A DNA stretch of 64,000 bases from Octopus vulgaris (taxonomy: Eukaryota): positions 6,882,001 to 6,946,000 of the forward strand of contig OX597817.1 of assembly GCA_951406725.2 (NCBI GenBank), in the 5' to 3' direction. The number at the start of each line of letters is the position of its first letter. The stretch's first letter is position 1. Shown piece by piece: positions 13,522 through 26,669 of the stretch. A program made the translations under genes and the position numbers. A model generated the notes under the pieces. That model was not told where the DNA came from and did not search any database. It was given only the letters and a program-made list of their open reading frames with translations.

Positions 13522-14770
13522 ATGTCGAGCATTCATGTAGGTTGCATAAATGTGCGTGGCTTGGTGTCAGGCTGGAAGCAAGGTAGCTTCCTTAATAACA
13601 TCAGGTCGCGTAATTTGGATGCTTTGTTGCTACAGAAACCTGGTTTAAGGGGGTCAAGAGATTTGCTCCCGCTGTTGGATGGGTATGAGATTTTTTCTCT
13701 CCTGGTTGAACTCCTAGCGAAAGTGGGGTGTTGGTCCTGTTAAAAAGAAACCGGGCTTCTGAGAAAAGGTTAATTTTTGCAGATCCAGAAGGTAGGCTGG
13801 TCGTCATGGACCTGACGTTCAGCCATGGTAAGATTATTAGACTGGTTACAATTTATGCACCCACGACATCTGGGGTAAAATGAGTATTTTCGTGACCTGG
13901 AGAAGTTTCTTGGTACATCACATTCTTTAGTTGTGATAGGAGACTATACACAATCTGCGATACACGCGTAGATTATGTTGGCTCGTGTTGTAATAGAAAA
14001 TGTAACGCTTCCTTCCTGGAAGTGTTAACACGCTTTGAGCTAGCGGATCCTGATAGGCAGGAATTTCCGAACGCTCTATTGTGGACATGGTCAAAGAGCG
14101 ACGGATCTTCCAGGTCGTACTTCGTGTTAATTAGAAAAGCTGATAGAAATAGAGTCAGGTGTCCACAGTTCTACCCGGTCAGCTACAGCGATTACAAAAT
14201 GGTCACCTGTAAGCTAGACATAGATAAGCTATATAGTAGAGACTCCGGCTACCGGAAATTTAATAAGTTTCTTTTGGCAATTAAGGAGTACAGGCTAAGT
14301 TGTTGAGGGCATTAACTGGAGACATTATTAACAATAAATGGTAGTATACCGTCAAGCGAACCATTAAATACGTGTCTATTAGATATAGAATAGGTTTAGT
14401 GGCTAGAGAGGCTAGAAGAGAATCAACGCTAGTCAAGGACTTAGAGGAAGCAATGAGAACTGGCTCTGCGGCTCAGTTGAAGGCCAAGTGACTGGTGTTA
14501 AAGCAGCACCTCGATGTCAAACACATGGGTTGCATTGTCAGAGCTACGTGCAGTGGGTTGTGAGGGAATCAACGCCACAGGACGGTGCCGAGTGGCTCAA
14601 CGTGGTAATAATGTCGCAATCCGATCTTTGACGAATCAACGAGGTAAGTTGACAGACGAACCCGAGGAGATGTGTGAGGCATTTCAGGAGCACATCGCTC
14701 AGCCTTACGGCCGGCGTGGCGGACCGGATAGTAGGAGGGACCTAACGGGCTTCCTTGCTATCGGCCGATT
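13522..14770 (+). mobile_element. Tx1/L1-like LINE ORF2 5' part (APE endonuclease and linker), decayed
   Basis: MSSIHVGCINVRGL; DPEGRLVVMD; IYAP; WTWSKSDGSSRSY; YSDYKMV; GYRKFN; many stops and frameshifts. Confidence 0.85.
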
Positions 14771-14779
14771 CCAAGCAGT

Positions 14780-15200
14780 GTAGCGTGCCATGGTTTTTGC
14801 GAAAGCTTACAATGTCCATGTTAGCACCATCAATCGCATGCAACAGTGATAAAACAGCACCAGCAGCACTGCAGACCGTATCCGCAGAGGGCACCCCCGG
14901 GTGACCACGCCAAGGCAGGCCCGTTTAATCCGCCACCAACACCACCGTGATCGCTTCAGATGGGCCAGCGTGACAGCTTGCGAGACCATTGGCACTGGAC
15001 AGTGAGTAATCAGTGACCACACGGTACGAGGTCGACTGGTGGCTAAAGACCTGCATTGCAGTCGTCCTGCTCGAAGGCCTGTCCTCACCGCCTGCCACCC
15101 TCAGTCACGACTACAATGGGCTACATAGCGCAGACATTGGAGCTCCAACAATGGAGCTCGATAGTCTTCTCTGACGAGAGCCGGTACTGCGTTTCTTCTC
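14780..15200 (+). mobile_element. Tc1-like transposase N-terminal fragment
   Basis: Hand translation: RRGHPRVTTPRQARLI...TVRGRL...RRPVLT..H...RLQWA...IVFSDESRYC. Confidence 0.85.
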
Positions 15201-15419
15201 TTTCATAATGTATTTTATCTATTTATTCGTAATTTAGCATTTTATACAACCAACTTTGCCTAACAGATCATTCTGAGGACGGTTTTCAAGAATATTAGAG
15301 TTGAATAGTAGATTGCTTGTTGGTCACTCATCTATTTGATTTCTATTGTAAGGGAACATAGTAACCATTCATATATATATATATATTCATACATACATGT
15401 GAGTGTGTATGTGTATACA

Positions 15420-15597
15420 TTTGTGTCTGTGTTTGTCCCACCACCATCGCTTTACAACAAATGCTAGTGTGTTTACGTCTCCGTAACCTAGCAGTTCGGC
15501 AAAAGTGACCAAGAGAATAAGTACTAGGCTTACAAAGAATAAGTGCAGGGGACGATTTGTTCGACTAAAAGCGGTACTCCAAGAAGTAAAAGAATAA
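15420..15597 (+). mobile_element. SINE family A, 3' half
   Basis: TTTGTCCC...GTGTTTACGTC...GAATAAGTACTAGGCTTACAAAG. Confidence 0.8.
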
Positions 15598-15784
15598 CAG
15601 AATATATACCTGAGGAACTAAATTAACGTTCTAATATCTTTACGTATGTCCAGAGAGGAGGAAATAGTCATCTATGAAATTTTATACCTATATTAGTCCT
15701 TTACTGCAAGACTATTCTGTCATTTTAACAGATATAGAAATATATAACTTATATAGAAATATCTCGAAGTACTAAAGAGTAAAT

Positions 15785-16135
15785 TTACTCAATAAATTCG
15801 CCATTGGCTTCAACCACGGCGTCCAGAAAACTTCAGAATCTCCTGAAACATTTTTGGATTGTCTCCTTGTTTAAGTTCGTGAATGATACCATAATCCTGG
15901 CTTTCAGTTCGTCTTTAGTGTGACAAGGAGTTTTGTTGTTCAACTGCGCCTCACACATAAATAATGAGAGGAATTTCAGCCTGGGGAGTTAGGTGGCGAG
16001 ATGTTAGGGGTGATGTGGCTGCAGAAATTGCCCGACTGGTTTCTCCTATTTGGTGGCATGGTGCAGAGTTCTGTTGCCAGACATAGGGTCTTCCAGCACC
16101 CACCCTCTTGACCTAGGCCAGCACTATCTTCTCCA
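15785..16135 (-). mobile_element. DD37D (maT)-like transposase C-terminal fragment
   Basis: GRPYVWQQ(N)SAPCH...NFCSHITPNISPPNSP...NKTPC.TKDELKARI...AVVEANGEFIE*. Confidence 0.8.
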
Positions 16136-16139
16136 GGCA

Positions 16140-16702
16140 CTTTTTCCATTTTAACCGTCCTCATGACCCCCTTCGTATCTACGATGGTGCGACGAGCTAT
16201 ACGACAAAATTCCAGGGTTACTTGTAGTCGGTGAATTTTTGATGAAAATGCGAAGGTGGTTTATCAAGTGAAAAATCGATATCCCCGAAATAATAAAATA
16301 TTCTGATTTTTTAATGCTAGAGGGAACAGACAAAGAGACGGACAGACAGACATAGTACTCATTATAGTAAGATAGGAAATCTGCCTATCTACGATGGGAA
16401 ATAAAGGAAAAATATCGCAAATCTAAACCCTCTAAATTCACGAACTATATGAAATCCAGAGTTAATCTACGTCACAGCAATTTTAACCGAAAAAATCAAA
16501 TGTGATTTATTAAAACAAAACACAATATCTCCTAAATTATCTTTTTCAGATTTTTTTCGGTAAAAACCTTCCAGATTATGTCCTTCGTAATTCCCAAAAA
16601 TATCGTGACCATTGATTCAGGCGTTTGACCGTGAAAAGGGAACAGACAGACAAACAAACACACAGACGAACAAACACACAGACATAACGCCCATTATTGT
16701 AA
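16140..16702 (-). mobile_element. Two adjacent non-autonomous Helitron-like fragments
   Basis: Both segments end AGGGAACAGACA...(ACAG/ACAA)n...CATTAT and share TATCTACGATGG. The layout resembles the element at 17014. Confidence 0.4.
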
Positions 16703-17013
16703 ACTGTTGCAGTCTCTTCCAAAAACACCTAATATTTATATGAGAGAAGTTTATCCTGATACTGAAGTTTCCTTTACTAATGGCCTTATGAAATAGATTG
16801 TTGAACTTACCACTTATAAATGGTAAATATAAGTGTGTTATTATTCAGTGGTATCAGTAATCTTGTCTTATATTATTTTTGCAAGTAGTTGTTTTACAGT
16901 GTTAGATGGGTTATTGATCAGTCGCCTGAGACTGATTTAGGTAAATTTCAAAAGAGTAATATATCTTGTAATTTTTCGGAGTAAATTTTGCCTAATTTGG
17001 ATATTATAATAAT

Positions 17014-17392
17014 ACTAGCAGTATCGCCCGGCGTTGCTCGGGTTTGTAAGGGAAATAATTATATAAGCATTTTTAGAGAGTTATAGCCAAAAATAGAATA
17101 AAAATGCATTAAAAATGGAAATAAAATGATGGTAATTTTTTTTTTAAATCGTTGACTCATTGTAGACATTTTTAGAGAGTTACTTCCCTTATATAATAGC
17201 GAAAAAATGCATTAAAATGGAAAAAAAATATAGTAAATTTTTTTTAAATCGTAGACGCGCGCTAATACCCAGAAGGGCTCGATATGAATCACGACTATAA
17301 GATACCCGGTTTTGGTTAAACTGCACCGTAAAATGTGGGAGTTGTTAGGAATCTAAATCGTAGGAGACAGACACACAACTTCACTTTTATCC
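17014..17392 (-). mobile_element. Non-autonomous Helitron
   Basis: Minus-strand 3' end: hairpin CCCGAGCAACGCCGGG, spacer, CTAG|T. Internal ~100-bp tandem duplication (CATTTTTAGAGAGTTA...AAATCGT) and ACAG/ACAC repeats near the other end. Confidence 0.8.
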
Positions 17393-18053
17393 TGAGTTTA
17401 TGGCTGCTGCGTATAGTCGATTGAAAAAATACTCCTTTGCAGCATTGCATTAATGTATGATACCATTACGTTTCGGTTAGTTTCCTTAAATCTATTTATT
17501 GACCTTTGTTACATAATTTCGTTTCTGTTCCATATTGTGTCTACACTACTTTTAAGATCGGGTAGAATTACTGGGGTATAGCTCTCCGAAAGTGTTTGTA
17601 AATCTAGACGATTTCCAGATGCTGTTTATCAATTGGTTGCGTTGTAGTTTTAACAGTTTCACTTCTCAGTATAAGTCACTGTGATGATTATTACATGGAA
17701 AGATGCACAGTTTTCTGCAATTGCAGACACCTGATATGATATACACAAGAAGGATTAACATTTTTGGTGATTATTATTATATTTTGCTTATTTTCAGGGC
17801 AGTAAGTTATCAACATATTTCGAGATCTTTCTGATTTAGAATATCATTGTGATCTCATTAATCTTTCGGAGTTAATAGAATAATCTGTCTGGTAATTACT
17901 AATGGAGATTTATTCATCTGCTGGTTGGGCAAGCATGCAAGGAGATAGTATAGTACAAGAGAACCTAGAATTTCACCAATGACCTATAAGATCACCTAAA
18001 GTCTAATCAATTTATTGACTGATGTTTCTTTTGTATTAGCAAACTTAAAATAG

Positions 18054-18241
18054 TTCTATATTTGAGAGAAAAGGAATTATGAGCATTATTTACATTATTT
18101 ACATTTAACGGATATTTGTCCTCATCTTCTTTCTTGTTAGCAGAACGTTTCGGCTGATATACCTTCCAGTCTTCCTCAGGTGTCTTGGGAAAATATCGAA
18201 ACTGAGTCCTCATTACTAAGGTACTTTCGATAATATTGTTG

Positions 18242-18309
<68 letters not shown>

Positions 18310-18493
18310 GTTATTATTATTAATATTATTATTATTGTTGTTGTTGTTGTTGTTGTTGTTATTACTGCCTGGAATCTAACTCGGAATCTTGGGATTTGTA
18401 GCCCGCGCTCTTAACCACTACCGGCATATGACGTAGTCGTTAAGAGCGCGGGCTACTAACCCAAGATTCCGAGTTCGATTCCAGGCAGTGACC

Positions 18494-18547
<54 letters not shown>

Positions 18548-18562
18548 GTAACAATAATATCG
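18054..18562 (-). mobile_element. Non-coding element: tRNA-like head + (AAT)n + hammerhead + tail, with inverted 5' duplication
   Basis: Head-to-head tRNA-like arms at 18363-18421 and 18433-18490, HHR at 18139-18184, and a tail shared with 38235-38345. Confidence 0.75.
18139..18184 (-). ncRNA. Minimal hammerhead motif (palindromic AACGTT stem III), partly mutated
   Basis: GACAC-CTGAGGA-aGACTG(gaaggtatat)CAGCC-GAAACGTT-CTGCT. Confidence 0.65.
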
Positions 18563-19130
18563 ATGCAGTACCAGACAATACCAGACAGTGGTTCTCATGG
18601 CTTCTGATCTTAACTGATTGGGAGTGTTATCATGTACATTGTTTTGTCTTGGTATAAAAGATGCGCTACAGCAAATATTCTGCTCAATACCACAGATCTG
18701 CTTGTCAGTTGTTTGACTTTGAACAGTTGACCATGTCCCTTAGTGGCTGACGGTGAGTGCATCTCTGATCATGAGCAGAAATAGTGGGGGGCGCATCATA
18801 GCCATGTGTTGAAAGGAATTCTTAGAGGTTTGGATAATTCACCTATGGAAACATGGGTGGTTCATTCAACATCCTTTAACAATCCTTATTCAGGGACCTT
18901 TTGAGTGGGATGGTCTACTCAACCAGAAGAAAATTCTAACTGGGCCCCACCTGCAAGCTCATGCGCTGTTTATCTTGAAATGAGATCACCATGTGGCGTA
19001 CAAATGGTTGTGATCCATGTTCCTTGTGTACCCTTATCAGACGGGTAGTCATGATGGGTATACTGGGCTTCGTATATTTTATCCCAGTGTTACTTTGATG
19101 GCATGCACTGCTCTCTCACTCAATAATAAT
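18563..19130. mobile_element. Unclassified GC-richer block bounded by (TAA)n, probably an interspersed repeat
   Basis: Sharp compositional edges; ends CTCTCTCACTC-AATAATAAT; truncates the inverted arm at 18562. Only one copy in the window. Confidence 0.45.
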
Positions 19131-20007
19131 AGACTAAAAAAATTTAACCAGCAATCGGAGAGAAATAGCATATTATATAGAATGAATTAAAAGTTTGATT
19201 TAATGCTCGATAGTGAGCTGCTAGCTATAATTGATTTTTACCGTGTTGTTGTTAAAGATTCGATACTATTTGTAATGATTTGGAAAATATCTATATTTAT
19301 GAATTTTATGGATTTGTAAGTTCTTATTTCTCACATACAACACTGATTATAGTACGTCTTAAATCCTGTTTTTTTTTAAGCCTTTTATTTTCTTTGTTAT
19401 TTGAAGTAATGAACGTTTATCGTATTGATGTACTACATTGTTAAACCACAGATCTGCATAAGGTTTGTGAGATATTAGCTGGCGAAGTACTTTTGAAGCT
19501 ATCTTCAAATAGCCGTTTGGTTGCTGGTTCATTGGTCGGTTAATATATTTGAATAATTTCATACGTTTGTGTATAATGGGGCGGTTTGCAAGCACATATG
19601 TCTAATGGTATGCCGATTAATTTCAGTCATTGCTGTATTGATGTTGGCCGTTACGTATCAGTCAGTCGGATATATATATATATATATATACATATATATA
19701 TACCATAATGATATATATTCACCGATTAGAAGTGACAATTTCTAAATAAAAACAAATGACCGAAGAATGATGATCTAACCTTAGACAGAATTGAACCCAC
19801 AAATCAAAGCCTACACGACTGCGCATCCGATTGGGCCAAGCGCTCACCCATAAATGTCAGTCACATTTAATGAATATATACTTAAACTGTCTAATAATAC
19901 ATATAAGATTATGTTATATATTATACAGTTACTATTATACTTCCATAATGAATCTTCCATAATAGATTTCCCTCCTTAAATTACCAAGCTTTTCTGATTC
20001 GTTTACA

Positions 20008-20038
<31 letters not shown>

Positions 20039-20699
20039 GATAGATAGATACGAGAGCGAAAGTAATTTAGGAAGGAATTCCAAACTGTTTCGCCTACGTG
20101 ACGAATGATTGAATTATAGATAAGGTTGAATCAGACAGAACTATTGAAAATCTCCTCAAGAAACTTAGGAAAACGTCGAACCTAGATGAATCTCACAATG
20201 CGAGAGAGAAACGAATTGCCAAAGTTCAAGAAAATATCTTACATGAAAATCTCTATGGCAACCGTGTCGCGAGATAGGGATTTGAAGAGCTGTCATTGAA
20301 AATATTACATTCCAAGAATAGCCCATGTTTTCCTTTTAGATTATCTAGAGAGAAGATTGGAGTTTTATAAATGGTACTTAGCAAAATGTGTAGAGGTTTA
20401 GCAGTTTGTAAAAGGAATGTTTAGTGTGATGGGTTTAAATTTAAGTTCCATGGAACCACTGCCCGGTACAGTTGAACCAGCGTTACCTGAGAATATTTAT
20501 ATAACGGAAAAACATCATAGTTATCTACCAGAAGGTACAATATGTTGCAGCTAAGCATGAAAATTTAAAGTGCTCAATTTTACCTTTATGGGACTGTACC
20601 TGGAGCCATTCACATATTGTTACTGCTATAATCTATCATGAGAACTATTCAATAAAGAATTGACGATGTTGGGTATTATTTCTAGCAAACTATAATTTC

Positions 20700-20916
20700 A
20701 CCACAACTTTCTCTCACTCTTTCTTCCTGTTCCTGCTATAACTGTATTTAAAAGAGCCAGTCTTGTCGCATTCTGTCATGCCGATTCTCTACCAGAACTA
20801 CGTTAAGGCTACACGTGTCTGTGGAGTGCTCAGACACTTGCTCGTTAACTTCATGAAAAGGCCGTTCCGTTCAGCGGATAAACTGGAACCCTCGTCGTCG
20901 TAACTGACGGAGTGCG
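20700..20916 (+). mobile_element. SINE family C, 3' part
   Basis: GAACTACGTTAAGG..CACGTGTCTGTGGAGTGCTCAG...CGTCGTAACTGACGGAGTGC, shared with 39022 and 62097. Confidence 0.85.
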
Positions 20917-20917
20917 A

Positions 20918-20971
<54 letters not shown>

Positions 20972-21317
20972 CTTTAAAGATAATATATATATATATATAT
21001 TTCTTTATAATTTCTTTTAAAGATTTATCATAATTTATATACCGGAATATTCAATACTGAATTTTATTCCGACTAGACAAATTGTTACGAAATGTATATA
21101 TATATGTAAAGATAACATTCGTACATGCTACGACGAATTCTACGTTGTATATATATATATATTTCTTGAGTTTGTTGCATGATGAACATGAAATGCATAT
21201 TCTGTATATATATATGTAACTGAATTCCTTTTTATATATATTCGGTAAAATTTTGTTTATTTTTATATTTTGATTGGTCCCTTAGCGTGTTGGTATCTAC
21301 GATAGTAGTATGTGTGT

Positions 21318-21361
<44 letters not shown>

Positions 21362-21661
21362 GGAAAATATTCAAACAATGAAATTTGATACACATGCATA
21401 CTTTATATTCATGTTTGATATGAAAATATATTGTACAAAACAAGAAACATGAAACAGATAAGATACATGCATACTCAATACGCACAGATCATACATGATA
21501 TCGGCTGATAAAGTACACTAAATTATAATCTCATACCTTGAAATCACAGTCAAATGTAAATGTAGGCATAACTCGATGGTATGGCAAAATACCTGTAAAA
21601 TTCTGTCTTATTTACGTTTGCATCCGAGTACATAGATATACATACATGTTTATATACATAC

Positions 21662-21733
21662 ATATATATATACACTCATATATACATATATGTGTAAATA
21701 TATATCTATACATACATACAAACACACATACAC

Positions 21734-21783
<50 letters not shown>

Positions 21784-21890
21784 GTATATGCATATCTGCG
21801 TGCACATGTGTGCGTGTATGTGTGTTTGTATGTATGTATAGATATATATTTACACATATATGTATATATGAGTGTATATATATATATATA
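21662..21890. repeat. ~70-bp inverted repeat made of degenerate microsatellite
   Basis: ACACTCATATATACATATATGTGTAAATATATATCTATACATACATACAAACACACATACAC recurs as its reverse complement at about 21815-21876. Confidence 0.85.
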
Positions 21891-22584
21891 TATATATATT
21901 TCATAACGTGGGAGAGGTTGAAGTAATTTCATGTATCTCTTTTTTGCATGCATCAATGCACATTACGCTGCCTTTACTTTGTGTACCTTAAGATATGAAT
22001 AAATATCTGTGGAAGTCTGTAAATCTACTTATCTTTCGGATGTTCCGTTGTCAAAAGCTTCGTATATCTATTTTATGAGGGAATCGAATTCCCCACTGAT
22101 AGACGATAGGAACATACAAATATTTAAAAGAAGTACTCTTCTTTGAATTGAAAACAAAGAAATATAATGCATACACACACTCACACACTTCCTCACATAG
22201 ACCCACTTAGAGACACTGACATACAGATATGAATGTGTGCCTGTGTGTACCGGTGAGTGCATGATGCGTCTGTATGTATGTGTGTGTGTGTATGTGTGTG
22301 TGTGTGTTTGTGTGTGTGAACACAAACGTTGAAAGTAGAGTTAGTTATATTTGTTGAAATCTAAAAGCATCACTAGTCATTTGTCTTGATTTATGATAGT
22401 GATATAGGGAGCAAGAAAATTAGTACACATACATACTTGCATACTTGCATGCATACATACATATATACATACATAATATATACATACATGCATACATACA
22501 TACATACATACATACATACATACATACATACATACATACATACATACATACATACATACATACATACATACAAAAATTCATATA

Positions 22585-23165
22585 TAGCGACCTGAATGGA
22601 AAGCACTCAGTATACGAAAAAGATTATGCATAGGTATGTTGCCCGGAAGCTTCAAGAAGACAATAGAATTGACACGAAACGCAATCTCTCTTGGACACAA
22701 GACCGATACATCACATCACGCTTTGAAGACTACGCGTTTTCAAATCCAGGAACATGAGATTGCTGCAAAGTACCTGATGAACAAGAGAGACAGTGACGCC
22801 CTTGTAATCCAAAGGTGCATCCGCATGTGTAGGCTATGACATGTTTTTGTGGAAGACATCACGCATGTGATTAGCGGCTGCCCTAAAATGTCGTCACGTT
22901 ACTACCCCACTATGTTCTACGATGTTGTTGCTAAAACAATTTACAATGCCATACGCAAAAAAAGACTGTCCTGAAATAAACTTAGAAAATCCTTCTGTCA
23001 TGGATTACATTCATAAACATCAACTCACCGAGTAATGGTGAAATATTCTCATCAAAACTTCTGTCAAATGTAAACATAATAGGCCGGATATTGTTGTTCG
23101 GGACAGAGGGGCAAAGATATATCTGCCCTGCAGATATAAATATCACTTTGGAAATCAAAGAACAA
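22585..23165 (+). mobile_element. R4/Dong-like non-LTR retrotransposon C-terminal fragment (CCHC and restriction-like endonuclease)
   Basis: IQEHEIAAKYL...CRL*..VEDITHVISGCPKMSSRYY...DVVAKTIYN...WNI.IKT.VKCKHNRPDIVV. Confidence 0.85.
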
Positions 23166-23299
23166 CAGGGAAGGACTCGACATACAAATAGTGAACACAG
23201 TACCTTCCCTGAGAATAATTCTGTCCAATAACAACACCTGCCTCTACTCCGAATATAATATATGAATTGTAAGTGTTATTTTACTTATAAATACAATAA

Positions 23300-23690
23300 T
23301 TGCAATTATATAACATATACATACAGCTGTTTACAATAATAGAGATTACTGTATAATTTCTTCTATGTTCATAATGTTTAGTTTACGATATAGAAAACAA
23401 TAAGCCCCTAAAGAAAAGGTGTAATCTCTCCAGAAACTGGAATGACTAGTATGGGAGAAATGAAGGCAGTGTCACCTTTACCACACCCAGTGAGAATATT
23501 TGCCACAATGCAGTTCCTCAAAGGTTTGTGCACAATTATTGATGTACCATTGCATAATTTCTGTGGCGAAAAATTATGCAATATCGTAGCAGGTGATATA
23601 GAAAAAGAATAATAACTTCCCTTGAACCATTTACATCTATTTGGGTGAACACACAAACGAACAAACACACAGAATCTCGCTTATATATAA
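23300..23690 (-). mobile_element. Internally deleted Helitron with a PIF1-like helicase fragment
   Basis: ORF 23408-23668: LHNFSPQKLCNGTSIIV...NCIVANILTGCGKGDTAFISPI.VIP, joined to a TATATAAGCGAGATTCTGTGTGTTTGTT 5'-type terminus. Confidence 0.8.
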
Positions 23691-23711
23691 TTATACCATA
23701 TGTTACACACA

Positions 23712-23795
<84 letters not shown>

Positions 23796-24247
23796 GTATA
23801 TGTGTGTGTGTGTGTGTGTGCGTGTGTGTAACATGTTATAATTATAAATAGGGCAAATTTTTTGCTCTTTCCCCACAGACTGAAATAAAGTGATGAACAA
23901 CCTCAATCAATTTTTTGAACTGTATTATATTCTCTTCCCAGGCGTCTAGCCCATTCTGACATTCTTCAGAGAAACAAGTCTCCAAACTGTTTCTATACTC
24001 AACAAATGCAGCAGTTACTCTATGAAAATGTTTAACACTCTAAATACCGGCCTGTGAACGGGGATCTTAGTTCACACAGTATCAAGGTATGACATAATAA
24101 ATATGTAACATGGTATAATTATAAATAGGGCAAATTCTAGGTATTTTTCAGCAGACTGAATAAGTAATGAACAGCATTAAGCAATTTTTGTAAATGAAAA
24201 ACCTTATTTGATTTTCGAATATGTAACAAAAGATAAGACAAATACCT

Positions 24248-24296
<49 letters not shown>

Positions 24297-24411
24297 ATTA
24301 TGTCCGTTATAAATATATATATATATGTGTGTGTGTGTCGATGTATGTATGTGATATATATATATATATATATATATTATACTATATATATAAAATATGT
24401 ATGTATATAAA

Positions 24412-24476
<65 letters not shown>

Positions 24477-25295
24477 AAAATATGTATGTATATACATACA
24501 TACATACATGTACAGTGACTAGCAGCACAGACAGACAGATCTAAGAAATAGACAGATACGTAGATAGATAGATAAGTGAAACATTTACATTTTATCAGAG
24601 TTGACCAACATACCCCGGCATTAATTTCCAAGAGACATCAGCATATATACATTTTTATAAGGAAACCATAGATGTAACATATTCACATCTACATTACAAC
24701 CACAGCTATAGAATTTATAACACACTTACACGCACATATATGATTACATATATATACAAATATCAATACATCCAAATTCAACGTATATTCTCAAAAGTAC
24801 ATCCGACATCTAATTACGAAATTTGCTTCCCTTTTATGATATTCATAAAGTTATCTATTTATAATTGTTAGAAAACAACTAATCATTAGAGATATTGTCT
24901 GTGGATTTACCACACGATATCATATAATTCAAAATAATCTTATGCATATCAACCAACGACCACATATAAATATATGTGTGTGTGTGTTTGTGTGTATGTG
25001 TGTATAAGCGTGTGTGTGTATGAAACATACAAGTTTATATGCGTGCCATAGTATGTATACAGCTAACACTGCTATACAGATAGTATATGTGTGTAGAATG
25101 ATCGGCCTTATTCATAGATGTCTATATGTATGTATATATATATAGAAGACGTAGATATCTCTGTATATGTGGGTTTTTTGCGCATGTATGCACACACACT
25201 TAGGTAAATATATGGTAGGTATATATATATATATATATATATATGTATTTAAACTGAGAGTAGTTGTCTGTAACTATGTGCGTGTTTGTACATAT

Positions 25296-25350
<55 letters not shown>

Positions 25351-25417
25351 GATAGATAGATATATATATATATATATATATATATACACTTACATATATA
25401 TATGTATATTTGTATGT

Positions 25418-25472
<55 letters not shown>

Positions 25473-25607
25473 CGTATGCATGTATGTATCCTTGAAGTAT
25501 TATGGCGATTAAATATTCTGCCAAATATTTCACGATGAGTATAAAGATAAGCTATATATATTGCAACCTGTTGTCTATGCCTATGTCTGTCTATAAATGT
25601 AGTTGAA

Positions 25608-25681
<74 letters not shown>

Positions 25682-26669
25682 TGTGTGTATTCATGTATAT
25701 ATACATATACATTATAGGCTTATATACACATATGTTTATATATATATATATATGAATTTTGCGTTTATATATTTTTATCTACCTTTATACGTCAATGCTT
25801 ATATTTATATTCAGAGAATATATTTGGGCATTGCGCCTTTTATCAGTGATATATATATATATATTTGGCGGTTGCGAATAAATAGATTGGTAGTATTAAA
25901 AGTGCAATTAAAAAGGAAACTTTTGAAGTAGAAGTGGAAGAAGATAAAGAAAAATGGGGCAAGGAGAAGGAGAGGGCGTATACAAAGATGTGTTTGCATG
26001 GAATACGCCGATCAAAGTGAGAGGATAATGAAACGGAATGCTGGGAATTTAGAAACAAAAGAGAGGGTGGCATATAAAATGTGATAAAAGGATGAGAATC
26101 AAGAATATTAAAATATGTTTAAATTTATAAAAATAAGTAGGGGTCACAAATGCTGAAAATCATGAATAATTTTGTAAGAAGGATTTCCGAGAGCAAAAAA
26201 AATGGAGGGCTTTTTCTCCGCACTACAGAAGACTTTTTCAAACCTTTACTCGTGTTTCTGTAAAAAATGTTGTTATGTATATAAACTATAGACTATTTTC
26301 CAACATAATGTGGTCGTCCTGGATGGGACGATTGCTACTGTTGTTGAGACCCAGGAGACGCCGTTTTCAGCTGGCTATACAACACAATATCTCTGTCCAT
26401 ATATTTTCGAACAGGGGAGTTCAGCAGTCCCACCCAGCACAAATCAACTTCTCTGGACCGGTTTCTGAGTTATTGCCCTTTCTCAGCACAGAGTACCTGC
26501 TTGGCTAGACAGCGCTGCTGAATTCCCGTCCGAAAATATATATAATTTTCTAAGTGACGCGCAGTTACTAATCTAATAAATAGAAACATAATTACTTCTA
26601 AATCTCTCAAAGAGAAATATTCAGTAACAGTAATTTAAAGTACGCTAAATTTACAAGATTTTTTATTCT

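Larger units (their letters stand above)
16705..19620 (-). mobile_element. Very decayed Penelope-like element with apparent N-terminal GIY-YIG (Naiad-like), split by nested insertions
   Basis: 19600-19140 shows traces of C..ICGL.YV and P.GLN; 18000-17400 shows CNC...NNHH; 17010-16705 shows LPF...FHK. Recognised by eye across many frameshifts. Confidence 0.35.

Noticed and set aside
18433-18490. Functional tRNA gene
   Set aside because: The acceptor stem is incomplete, there is no oligo-T terminator, and it sits inside a repeat as an inverted pair.
19780-19850. tRNA-like sequence on the minus strand
   Set aside because: Too degenerate to fold; at most a decayed SINE head.
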